NCBI GenBank assembly: GCA_965655095.1
Contig: OZ296656.1
Span: forward strand, 43,896,001-43,960,000
Origin: Haplodiscus bocki
Lineage: Eukaryota
Direction: 5' to 3'
DNA length: 64,000 nt
Positions 25,201 to 37,200 of the stretch are shown here, piece after piece. Below the pieces are notes generated by a model, which saw nothing but the letters and a program-made list of their open reading frames with translations, was not told where the DNA came from and did no database searches. The translations under genes were made by a program, and so were the position numbers. The stretch's first letter is position 1, and each line of letters opens with the position of its first letter.

Positions 25201-28200
25201 CGCGAGCTTAGCTTTCATTAATATCAATCGATGGAGAATCGATTCCCCATAGACTTCAGATTGATCTGCATGAATTTTTTTCACACGAGATGGATAGACA
25301 ATTGATTACAGTCGATTTTTGATAACTACTTCTTACCAATTTTTTTCGCTCAAGGAAGCACTGCCTGGAGTTTTTCACTCGGAGAACAGTCAACAACACC
25401 AAAGAGCTTCAATGAAGAAGTAAGCTGCAACACCTCACAGAGAAAAACTGTGGAACCAATGATTTCCATCTCAGGGTTTCATTTTACGAAGGCTTTCCTT
25501 CGACATGTTCTACAGGAAAAACATTGCACATTTGGAGCAAAGTGTTGGTCGTTTGTGACAAGAGCGAAAAATTTCGTACATCACTGTATAGGCTGCATTT
25601 TCGCAAGGTTTTGTGATAAGTATTTATGAAACTTTCAGATGCAGCCAAGCTATAATTATTGTAAATTTAAATAATGATCCCGTTCAAGAGGAACAAAAAA
25701 TAGTATTTACATTTCGCGTGGCTCAATCTGCAAAATAAAGCTAATGTTAGTGAACAATTTCGCTAACATCTTAATTTTTCTATTTTTTGTTTTCGGTTTT
25801 ATTTTCGGAACTTTGTTATTAGAAGTTGAAGAATTAACGTAATGAAGAGAATGCTGCATTCTGATTGGTTGATAGGTACATGTAAATACCATTGATTATA
25901 ATCGATGGAAAATCCATGGAAATCAATTCTATCGATGGGAAATCCATGGAAATCAACTTTTATCAATTAACGCTCAATCAGGGCAGTTTTCAATTTTTCA
26001 AGTAAATTGAAAAACTGCCTTTTTGACATCAGATTTCAAAAATCAGTCGGAGATGAATCCCCTGTACGAGAGAATTGCTAATTACTTCGAACAGAACACA
26101 GACATAGACTTGGTGCCCACTGCCGAGGCTGGATACCAAAAAGTGCGCGAAGGAAACTATGCCTTCATGTGGGACAACCCCATCCTCCAATGGATGAAGG
26201 TGAGCAACTCTTCGTTTAAAAGTATATATTTTTTTAATAAAGTTTAATGAAGGGTTTAAAAATTTGAATTGAAAAACGGTCAAAATTTTTTTCAACAGGA
26301 GATTCCGAGAAAACACTTGAAAATTCGCTAATGTTTTTCAGCCGTTCATGGTTAATATAGAGTGCATGTCATGTTCATGGGAAAGAGACATTTAGCTAGT
26401 TTATTCAGCAAAGAGTTCATTTCATGGCTGACTACAGTGGTGTCAAAAGTAGTAATGCGACTAAGCGTTCATTGTGCATCAAGTCTGAGACCTCAAAAAT
26501 TGCACAGTAATCAATTTCGAACAAAGGTCACAGGAACAAACGTTTCTTCAAATTAATTAATGTAAATTACAGACATCTTTGACTGTAAATCCTAGAATCA
26601 ATATAAGAAATTCTGCAGAAGTTACTTTTAGAGAAAATTAAATATTTTACAGATTTTTGACATTTTCGTGGAATGAAAATAGTATTTTCGAGTAATTCTT
26701 GAGCTAGAATGATGCCCTTGAGTATTCTCCGATTGGCAGTTAGGGGGCAGGAATAACATGTGAAGAATAACGTCTAAATGCAATTTGGGAATAACATCTA
26801 AGCTTTGTCATGCTCATTCCATATCTTATTACTTTCGGTTTCAGAGGTTTTTCCTCCAGACGTTGTTCCCGAGTTACTTTTGGAAGTTATTCTTTAGATT
26901 TATTCCTGTCCCCTAACTGCATATCGAAGAATACTAAGGGGCATCATTCTAGCTCAAGAAATACTCGAAAATACAATTTTCATTCCACGAAAATGTCAAA
27001 AATATGTAAAATAGTTAATTTTAATTGAAAAGGAATAAAACTTTTCTATTATTTGATACTGGAAAAGATAAACTTTCACAGATTATTTTTCGTTATTTTG
27101 ATCTCGTTTTTGGACGTGCATTATTCAAGAAACCATTTTTCGAAAAAAAAATTATAAATCTAAATAGTTTTGGAGGACATCCAAACAATTAAAAATGTCC
27201 TCATAGTTTTTTTGATTTAGCATGTTGGTTGAGAATGAATTTTGAGAAAAACTGCTATTTTTTCTAAAATTTGTGCTCATAGGCAATAGATACGTGGGAT
27301 AGATGGAATAGTTCCTAACGGAATTTTCTAATTGTTTTAGTTGATGCTTTTAGCAATTAAAATACGTTTATGATGGACTTTACATGGAGCTTTCCGATGA
27401 TACCTGTGTTTACCCTGAACGTCTATTACTGATCGATTTATTTATAAAAGTTGGAAAGTTTAACAAAATTATTTGGTCGCATTTCATTATGACACTACTG
27501 TATTTAACAAACTGTAAAACCTTCATAGTGCGCTTACACGTTGTCTTTGCTATTTTTTGCCCAAAATTCGTCATTGGAAGGAAAGTGTTGAGGCCACGAT
27601 CGAAAAGAAATCAAAACAAGCGTGAAAACATCAGGACCGGAGGAATGCATGAGCTTTGTTTATGTTCAATTGATATACTGTTGTGATGAGAGATCACCTG
27701 ATGAGAGCGTCCTGTCAAATATTTGAATAACTCAAATAATCATCAACTAAATTGGAGATAAATTCATAACCACCGAAAAATCATGTTATAATTCAGTTGA
27801 CTGTTAAATAATCTCTGTTTTCTTCAAGCCACGCTAAAGTTGCGCGCCAAGTAGCCATAATCCTGATCGTAACAAGTTATGGGCCCAGGGTGAAAAAATC
27901 AGAGCGAATAATCCAGAGAGACGATTACAGAGAGAGCTTTTCATACAGAAGCGCACCCTTCTAAACTGAATTGAGCAAAAGAATTTGTTTTCACGATACA
28001 GAGGTATCATCAAAGAAAGTTTTCCTATATCAATAATGGACAAGACTACAATGAAATGGCTTCGTTTTGCGGGGAAACAAGAAGACTTCACAACTTGGGA
28101 GTGCCCAATTCATTGCCTATATTCAGACAAAAAAAATGTTTGAAAGCTTGACTCGCAGAGCAGTTGAACAATCGTAGATGCTCCGAAAAGTGAGCAGCAC

Positions 28201-31200
28201 GAAGCCCACAGAGTTGCAACCGACGAATTTGAAAACAATAGGAAGAAATTCCGAGATGACGAAATTTTAGTTTGGTGTATGTTGGCTTCGACCGTTGGTG
28301 CTAATCCGACATAGATGCGCTAGAAAAGACGGTCTTGCTGATGGAACTGAAGTGTGAAATCTTTTGAAGGAAAGTTTCAGGAGCGAAAAATCGCCAACAG
28401 TTGTGTGTATCCTCAATTGCTAGAACGCAACTGAAACCAGACAAGGCACTGCACGAATTTTTCATCAGAGCTCAGGAGTTGATAACAAGGCTAAGTGATG
28501 CTGGAGAGAAGCTATCAGAAACAATATTCATGGTGTTGGTTCTCAAAGGTCTTCCCGACAGATTCGAAGTTTTTATGATGCAAGAAACTGCAATCGGGCA
28601 GCCAAATTCACAGAGTTGCGATCCAGACTGACAAACTTCGAAGACAACCGCAAGCAGCAAAATGCCGGAGACACGTGGCAATGCCGTCAAAGGGGAAAGT
28701 CCAGAGTAGTAAGTCAAAAAGTTTTAGCATTGAATAGGAATAAGGCAGAGATCAGCGAGAAATTGAGTTGTTACTGTTGTGACAAAGTGAGCCATTTTGC
28801 TAAAAATTGCTTTTTGAAAGAAAAACCGGGATGTGGAAAATGTGGAGAAAAAGGTGACATAGGTGTCACTTGTACAAACCTAAATTCGGAAAAAAGTTCG
28901 TACATAAGCGCGATGTACAGAGTTCACATTCAGTTTACCTAAACTCAGATACGAACGTAGTTAGCAAAAAGAAAGTTTTGATAGACTCAGGTTGTACCGA
29001 TCATGTTCTGACAGAAGGGAATATTTTCCATAACTTCAAACTAATGAGTTCAAAACTAAAACATCTTGATGGAAATTTTTGCCAGATAGAAGGCATACGT
29101 GAAGTTCAGGTAGAATTTGAGAATGGAAACGGACTTTGAGACCGTTTGATTTTGAAAGGCGTACTTCTACTACCAAATTACGAAACCAATTTGCTCTCAG
29201 TGCCAAAGATGAACGAAAAAGGGCATAGTGTTGATTTCAGTGCGATTAGTTTGCAACTGAAAACTAAAAGAGGTGTGAACTATAACCTTTTCAAGCAAGG
29301 CAACATTTACACTGTACCAATGACATTCATAGAACCTCCAAAGTTCGTTCCACATGCAAAAAAAAATTCAGAACTCGAAAAAAAGATTAGGTCATTGAAT
29401 GAAAGAAGTACAACGGTAACTGTACCGAGTCTTGAAGAAGTTCATTTTTTTCTGCGAAACTTGTGCACTTAAAAAAGGTCACGAGAAGCTTGTACCTCGT
29501 GAAGCAGTTAATAAAACTAACAAAAAGTTGTAGAGAGTTTACAGTGATGTAATTGGGCCGATGGAGCCAGCAAGCATTAATGCCTATAGAAGTGTGATTA
29601 TGTTCATAAATGAATAAACAAAATGCTCAGTTGTGAAATTCGTGAAATTGAAGTCTGAGGCCTTTGAGGAAATAAGAGAGTATGTAGCTGAAAGGGGAAC
29701 ACCCGCTAAGTTCCAAAGTGATAATTCAAAGTCATACGAAAGTCAAGGATTCGCACAGTTTCGTCTTAATAACAAAATTAAAAGAGAATTTACAGTTCTG
29801 GAAACCCCACAACAAAATGTTGTGGCAGAAAGACTGAATTGATCACTAGTAGAAACGACAAAATGTAATCTGTAGGAAGGAAAACCTCCAAAACTTTATT
29901 TGGCTAGAGCGATGGCGACTGCCGATTATACGTTGAATCTTATATCAAACGAGAAAAATGAAAAATCTCCTCTTGAATTGTTTGGCCTGGGGGCGTGAAA
30001 TGTAAATTTTTAGGCTATGATGGCGGTAGTCCATCTTACGTTGTGCAGGAGTTTGAGTCAGGCAAAATTCTTTTTCCAAGAAAGACAATCTGCAACGAAA
30101 ACGAGATACCAGGTCTTATTTCAACTAGTGAGGGCAGTTTGGTAATTTCTGAGGACAATTTCATAATTGAGGTGTTAGAAAACGGCAACACTTAAACGCA
30201 CAAAAGTTAAAAAAATTGAAGTAGTTGAACCGCTGACATAGAGTGAAGCTACTAAAAGCTCCGATGAAAGTTTATGGTTTGAAGCCTTGAAAGCAGAAAT
30301 GAAAGCATTCGATGATAATCAAGCGTGGATTTTAGTGAAAACACCGAAAAACAAAAATTTGAGTTGAAGTAAATGGGTTTTTAAACTGGAACAAAACGAA
30401 GAAGGCAAAATCGACGAATACAAGGCAAGATACGTAGCAAAAGATACGTAGCAAAAGGAGGGAAAAGATTTCAACAGTACGTTTAAACCAACATGTACAC
30501 CTAAAACATTCAGAACAGTTTTCGCTATTGCAGCAAGCAAGAGAGTAAGCATCGAACAAATGAATGCTAAATCAGCTTACATAAATTCAGAAACACAGGA
30601 AGAGGTTTATCTAGAACAACCCAAAAAAATTGTTCAGGGAGTAAATTCAGTGTGCAAACTTCAAAAATCTACATACGGATTAAAACAAGCTGCAAGAAAT
30701 GGGTATAGAAAATTACATGATTTTCAAGTTGAAAATAGTTTAAACAAGAGTGCGAACGATCCATATCTTCTTACAAGGAAAGAACTATATGCTCTTTTGT
30801 ACGTTTTAGTGTGGTTAGATGATGAATAGCCTAATTGTAGGAAACTTATTCGAAACAGTCAAAAAGTTCAAGGAAAATTCTTCTCGAAAATTCAAATTGG
30901 AAGATAGAGAAAAGATAAAATTTTTTCTTGGGTTGAGAACAACTCAAACTGAGTTAGACATAAAAATAGACCAGGAAAAATTAATTGACAAGGTTTTCGA
31001 AGAGTGAGGCACGAAAGATTGTAAGCCAACTAAGACCTCAGCTGGAGTCAATCTTAAGTTAGAGAAAGCGAATGTGCAGGAAGACAAAATTGATGAACCT
31101 GTGTACACTCCTGGTTGGGTTGTTAATCTATGTGTCAAATGAGACGAAGCTTAATATCACAAGGATTACAAATCAGTTATTGCGACACATGCAGAACCCT

Positions 31201-34200
31201 ACAAGTCAACATTGGACAGCAGCGAAGAGAGTTTTGAGATATCTGCAGTGGACAAAAGCAATGAAAATTATTTTCAACGCCGATTGTGATATAAATATTC
31301 AAAGTGCATCTGATGCTGATTGGACTGGATGTGCGTCAGAAAGGAATTCAACTACTGGTTAATATTACAAACTGAGTGACAGTGGTGGAGCCATTAGTTG
31401 GAATTGCAAAAAAAAACAAAAAACAGTTGCCTTATCCAGTTGTGAGGCAGAACATGAAGGAATATGCGCAACAGTACAAGAAGCTATATTTTTGAGACAA
31501 TTGCTGCCAGACTTGTTCATTACACACGTAAAGGCAAGCCCGATTGTCGAAGACAATCAAAATTTTATCCAATTGTGCAACAACCCAGTGTTCCATAAAA
31601 GGTCGAAACATATGTCGACAAAACTACATTATATTGGAAAAAAAGTTGAAGATGGAAGTTTGGAAATAATCTACCAAACAACTGAGCAAATGGCAACAGA
31701 TTTTTTTACGAAAGCATTTGAGGGATTGAAATTTGAGCAACATCGTGACTACCTATGAAAAGACACCCGGAAAAGTCTGAGTGGGGGTGTTGAGGTCACG
31801 ACCGAACTTAAATCAAAACAGGCGTGAAAGCATCATGACCGGAAGAATGTGTGAGCTTTGTTTATGTTCAATTCATATCCTGTTCTGATGAGATATCACC
31901 TGATGAGAGCGTCCTGTCAAATATTTGAATAACACAAATAATCATCATCTAAATTGGAGATAAATTCATAACCACCAAATAATCAAGGTAAAGTTCAGTT
32001 GACTATTAAATAATCTCTCTTTTAATCACGCTACGCTACAGCTGCGCGCTAGGTGGCCATAATCTTGATCGTAACAGAATGTTTTTGCTTTCAAAAATTC
32101 ATTCCATAATTTGAAAAGAAAATCACTCATTCAACATTACGATGTTTTAAACATGAAATCAACCAAGTTTCAAATAAGCAAGAATTGCACGCTCAAATTT
32201 TTCTGTTGAACAAATATTTCCAAATGTAACGTAGAATGCGTCTGATACAGTTGTCTTCCTGAAAAAAATTATATTTCTTGTTTGAAATTTATATAATTTT
32301 TTTGAAAAACTTACAAATCAAAAGTTTTCTAGGTTCATTGCGTTTTTTCAATTTTTTTTTGATTTTTTCGTTCGAATTACACTTTTTTACATCCCTCCCT
32401 TTGTTTGGAAAGCAGAAAATATCCCGCAGTTTGTAGGACGTATTTTGCGGTTTCTTCCTCATATTGTTGTTTTAAAGTCCTGGCATTATTTAGACTACGA
32501 ATTGCGAGTACATGACAGTTGGGAAAGAGTTCCTGAAAAAGGGGTACGGCATTGCAGTGCAAAAAGGAACTTTGTTTCGGGAAGAAATTTCAAAAACGTG
32601 AGTTCATAATCGACTATTCTGTTTAACTGTTCCTGAATCAAGCTTACTACTCTATTATACAAAGAAGCCTAAAAATGACTTCTCTTAAAAGCTAAAGCAT
32701 TTTCTGATTACCTATATTTATTCCCAATAATTTGGTCCTAATTGAGTCGTGAAATAAAAAAATGACACGCTCAGTTTCTGTTCACCAATTTGCGAAGGAC
32801 GATACGAGTGCGATAAAAAGTTCACAGTATAACCACTTTAGAAGTCTCGTTTTTGAATTCTAGGATTTTAAAGTTGGAGGAGAGTCGCACTTTGGCGAAA
32901 CTTCGCAAGAAATGGTTTGAGAAGCCAAACAGCAAGTGCCCCACGCAAGAAATCAGTTCCAATGGCAACGCTGCAAAGGGTTAAAAAGCACGCTGAATTT
33001 TTCAGGGAAATTTTTGAAAACAATTTGTACATTCAAGCCTAACCTACATATATTCATTTTCTTTTCATGACGCTGCTTTACTGTCACCATCAAACGGCAA
33101 GGTCGTTAAAGTACTTCAAATTCAACGGACACGTTATATTCAAAGATGACTGGCCCACTTTTTATATTGTAGATACAATTTGAACGACAATAGAGTTGAA
33201 ATGACAGAAGGCTCTAACTTGATTTCAAGTTGACTGGGCTCTCAAAAAGACATTTGTTTTAGGAATTGAGTTGTCCAGCGTGGCTGGTATTTTCTATGTT
33301 CTGATTTTTGGAACCCTTGTGGCCTTTCTGCTTGGAATAGCTGAAACCTTATGGCATCGGTGAGTCCCATTCTCATTTTTCAAGCAAACTTCTAACATTT
33401 TACTTGATTTCTTCTAGAGTTTTGCGATATGGGTTTTTTAATAGTCAAACAATGATCGATCAATGACGTGCTTTTAAACGAGTTCAGTGAAACCCTGCCA
33501 ATGAAAAACAGAAACTTTGAAAAGTTATTTCAAATTTTGTTTTCAAGAAAATTAACATTCTGAAATTCAATGGGGAAACTGTTGGACGTGCAGTATAAAT
33601 TATTTTTCCAGCGTCACTGCAAACTCGTTTGCTGGAAATAGCCGTTCCGAGAAAAGTCACACGCCAGTCTGGATAAAATTGGGTATCTTCCTCGATTCCC
33701 TCTCTACAAATTGCGTTCATGAGTGTTTTCACTTGTTGGTTCGTGCAAAAAGTAATGTCGGACTCCTGAAATGTCATTTCGAAAAAACTGTTGTCGCACG
33801 TGGTAGGCGTTTTGCAAATCTATTATTTACTTAGTTGTGCTGGCGGCTGACTCAGTTAGCACTGCGGCGTTGTAGCGACGGTTATTATTTATAAGTCTCA
33901 ATAGGGTGCCTTGCTTAACGTGCGAACAAAGGATTGCGTGAATTCAAGCGAGGACTTGTGAGCTTTAAAGAAGAATACAAAAGGATAATAACTTATAAAC
34001 AGTGACATTTCAATATATTGAACCGTGGAGGAAATATAACTGCGCGTATGGGAAAGGGGAATTACTCATATGGACTTTTACGTTAGAAGCTGGCATTGGT
34101 CGTGTTGATGTTGGCTGCTGTTGATTAATGCTGATGGCTGATGGTTGCTACTGGTTGCTGCTGGTTGCTGAATGATTGCTGCTTCTGGCTGGGATACGGC

Positions 34201-37200
34201 TGGTTGCTGCTGGGATACTTCTTGCTGAATGATTGCGGGCGAAGGAGTCTTTGAATAAATTCAGGATATTGATTGTTTGCACCTAAAACATATTTCCGGG
34301 CGAAAAAGTCTTTGAATACTTCCTGGATATTGATGATTTGCGGCTAAGACATTTTTGCAGGCGAAAAAGTCATTGAATATTTCCAGGATATTGATGATTT
34401 GCAGCTAAGACAATTTTGCAGGCGAAAAAGTCATTGAATATTTCCAGGATATTGAGGTATTTGCGGCTAAGACAATTTTGCAGGCGAAAAAGTCTTTGAG
34501 TACTTCCAGGATATTCATGATTTGCGGCTAAGACAACTATGCAGGCGAAAAAGTCATTGAATATTTCCAGGATATTGATGATTTGCGGCTAAGACAATTT
34601 TGCAGGCGAAAAAACCATTGAATGTTTTGACCGAGGTGATGAGGAAATTTGGTGGAGACAAGTTTTGAAATTGTCTTAGAATTTTTCAGAGCAAGGATTG
34701 AATTGCAGAATTATGATGAGAGGAAATCAAAAGAGAGTTTCGCCTCAGGGAAATAGGCTAGTTGGTAGTAGCAAGTGAATGAATAGTATGAGAGAGTACG
34801 GGGTATTTATACCCTGTTATATGGCAATAGAGTAATTGACCAATAGGAGAGCGCCGCAAATAGCAATGTCAATGAAGATTGTCTAGTCGGTAGGAATAGT
34901 TTGAATTTTGGAAAAGGAACGGTTTCTGCATATTTAATCCGTAACTCGGAATTTAGAACGAATTCTAAATGCCACGGACGCAGACGAGGCGAGATTTGAT
35001 CTATGAGTAACGTCAACTCTCTTTCCTAGGAACCTCGTAGGGGTCGTGCAGTTTAAGATCCACTCATGCTTCAGAACCGGAGCTCGTCAGCGGAATCGGC
35101 ACACGCTATTACCGAAGCTAGCGTTAGTGGACACCGTTTATACTCCGATGGCAAGAGTATTGAATTTGTAGGAAGAAGGAGGAATTTTTCCTAAGTCAGA
35201 AAGAAAATGGGCTTTGGAATATTTTTGTCCGAAGAGAAGGGAGAAGAGAATTTTAGATTAATTTTATCCTAGTGAAAGGGAAGAGGAGAGTAAAGCAAGA
35301 AGAGAGTAAGGTAAGGTAAGGGAAGTAAGCCGTCCGTTAAGCAAGTAGGTAAGTAATGATCGGGCCGCTTTCCTGTACCAGCTACCAAATGAAGTTATAC
35401 CACGTGACCAATCACGTGACTTTATATTGCATATTATTTTATCCGTCCCGCAGCTCCCAGGTTAGTCAACAACGTCTGCAATTCTCTTGCTAAACATTAG
35501 TCATTTCCCGTTTAATAGCTTACTGCACGTATCTGAGAAATATATTATATCTGTTTAAGCGTTAGCTATAACGCGACACTGTTACATTGTGCGCTGTTTT
35601 GATTCATTTCCTGCGCACAGCCTAATTGACAGGATTATATATATATGCATTTTTGCTGATATTCACCATGGAATCCGTTACAACAAGTGACTTTTCGGCA
35701 AGTGCTGTTTTCTGCACCAATGAATCTAGGAAAATTTATTTTGCCATTTTCACTTGCACAGATAGTCGTGCACCTCTGAATTTGGGGTTCAAAGTCATTG
35801 ATGTGACGTAAACCATTCTGCCAGAAGGAATGCTGGGAAGTCGTTGAGACAAGTTGACTTGGATCGTTTTAATGAGTTTTTTTTTCGAAATGGCGTTGAC
35901 ATATCCTGTCTTTCTAATGCCTTTTTGATACCATGTAAATTGAGAAGAATTGTGGAAAGTGGAAAAAAATTGGCTGAAATTGCTGTTGTATTTTCGTATA
36001 ATGGTTTCATTACATCCATAAAGACAAGCAATTCTGCCCAATGTTTAGCGGTGTGAGTTGAATTGATATTGCACTCAACCATTGGTATGATCAAGGACGC
36101 TTTCTGTTTAGTAGTCTCCGCTCATTGAAGAACTCGGAATTACATCGCGTAGGTACCAATTTCGTCTCGTTATTTTTTATCTTTCAGTTCCAATTTGCTA
36201 CTACTTAGAAAAAAACCACAAACGGCTAACGTGAAGTTCTCTTTCAGTGTCCTCATTGAACTTAAGATGCCGTTAAATACTAGTTGCAAAAAATGCGCTA
36301 AAAAAGGTATCCAGTATAAAATTAGGTGAACCCGATGGCGAAACTTTACGCAAGAGCTAGTAGCATCATCAATTAGAGTATAAAGTTTTGTATGATTCGC
36401 GCCAATATCAAAACAATCCCTGTCAAAATCAATTTTCCTCAAATTGCTCTCATTGTTATGTCTTTTCGGGAAGTAAATGGCATCCGACAATTTGTTTTCA
36501 ATCAAAAACTGTCATTAAGAAAACAATAGGTACCATCAAGGTAAAAATCTTGACTTTATGAAGTCCAGAAGTCACTGGGAAAATTTTTTCTTTTTTGTTT
36601 GTTTTTATTCCTTTCAAGTCTGAAAATACTATAATTTTTTCGCTCTGGTACAGTTCCAGGAGTAATTTTTGTTGAATGTTAGTTTTTGATGGAAGCTGAT
36701 TTGTGGAATCTAAACAGCTTACGAAATTCCCATTTCCGGCATTTTCCACTATGAACAAGAGCCTCCTATGTTGAGTTATGACTTTCACGAGTGTCGCTAT
36801 CGGTGGTGATCGCGATGGTAAGAATCTTTTGCAGCAAATTGAATCAACATCTGCTTGCTGTCGAGGCCCGTCTCTGACTTGTTTCTTTTTCTGCATCATA
36901 CCTTGCTTTCCTTCCTCTGAAATCCAAGGAAAGCTGAGAAGGAACTTGTTTTGAACCTTGAATGACATTCTTTTTTTTGAATGCTTGGCTGAAAGCTTGT
37001 GGTTACATTTTGCATTCAACCTTCTCGTCTGCCTTGTCTTTGCTGAATCGATTCCATATTGAATGAGACACAATTACGAAAAAAAAATGAAAAAAACACC
37101 ATTTAACTACACAGCCATTCCGTATACTAAATACGAATGGGCGGATTTTAGCAATGGCGAAAAAAACATTAATCAGTGTTGAAATCGTTGCCTTCACAAC

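Larger units (their letters stand above)
27586..32076 (+). mobile_element. Full-length but decayed Ty1/Copia LTR retrotransposon (intronic)
   Basis: 289-bp LTRs (TG...CA) at 27586-27874 and 31788-32076; PBS AGTTATGGGCCCAGG; PPT GAGTGGGGG; near-TSD GAAAG/GAATG; gag [14 protein letters not shown], protease LIDSGCTDH, integrase [28 protein letters not shown], RNase H SDADW...VEDNQ...HKRSKH. Confidence 0.95.
33520..37100 (-). pseudogene. hAT-family transposase (BED finger, catalytic core, hATC dimerisation domain), interrupted at ~33871-35586
   Basis: [13 protein letters not shown] (BED-like); DIGAN; FLAHFLQLV (CxxH region); LVPTRCNS (PTRWNS); [22 protein letters not shown]; [32 protein letters not shown] (hATC). 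Confidence 0.8.

Noticed and set aside
34235-34625. CRISPR-like array
   Set aside because: Head-to-tail repeats with no unique spacers, eukaryotic context, no cas genes.
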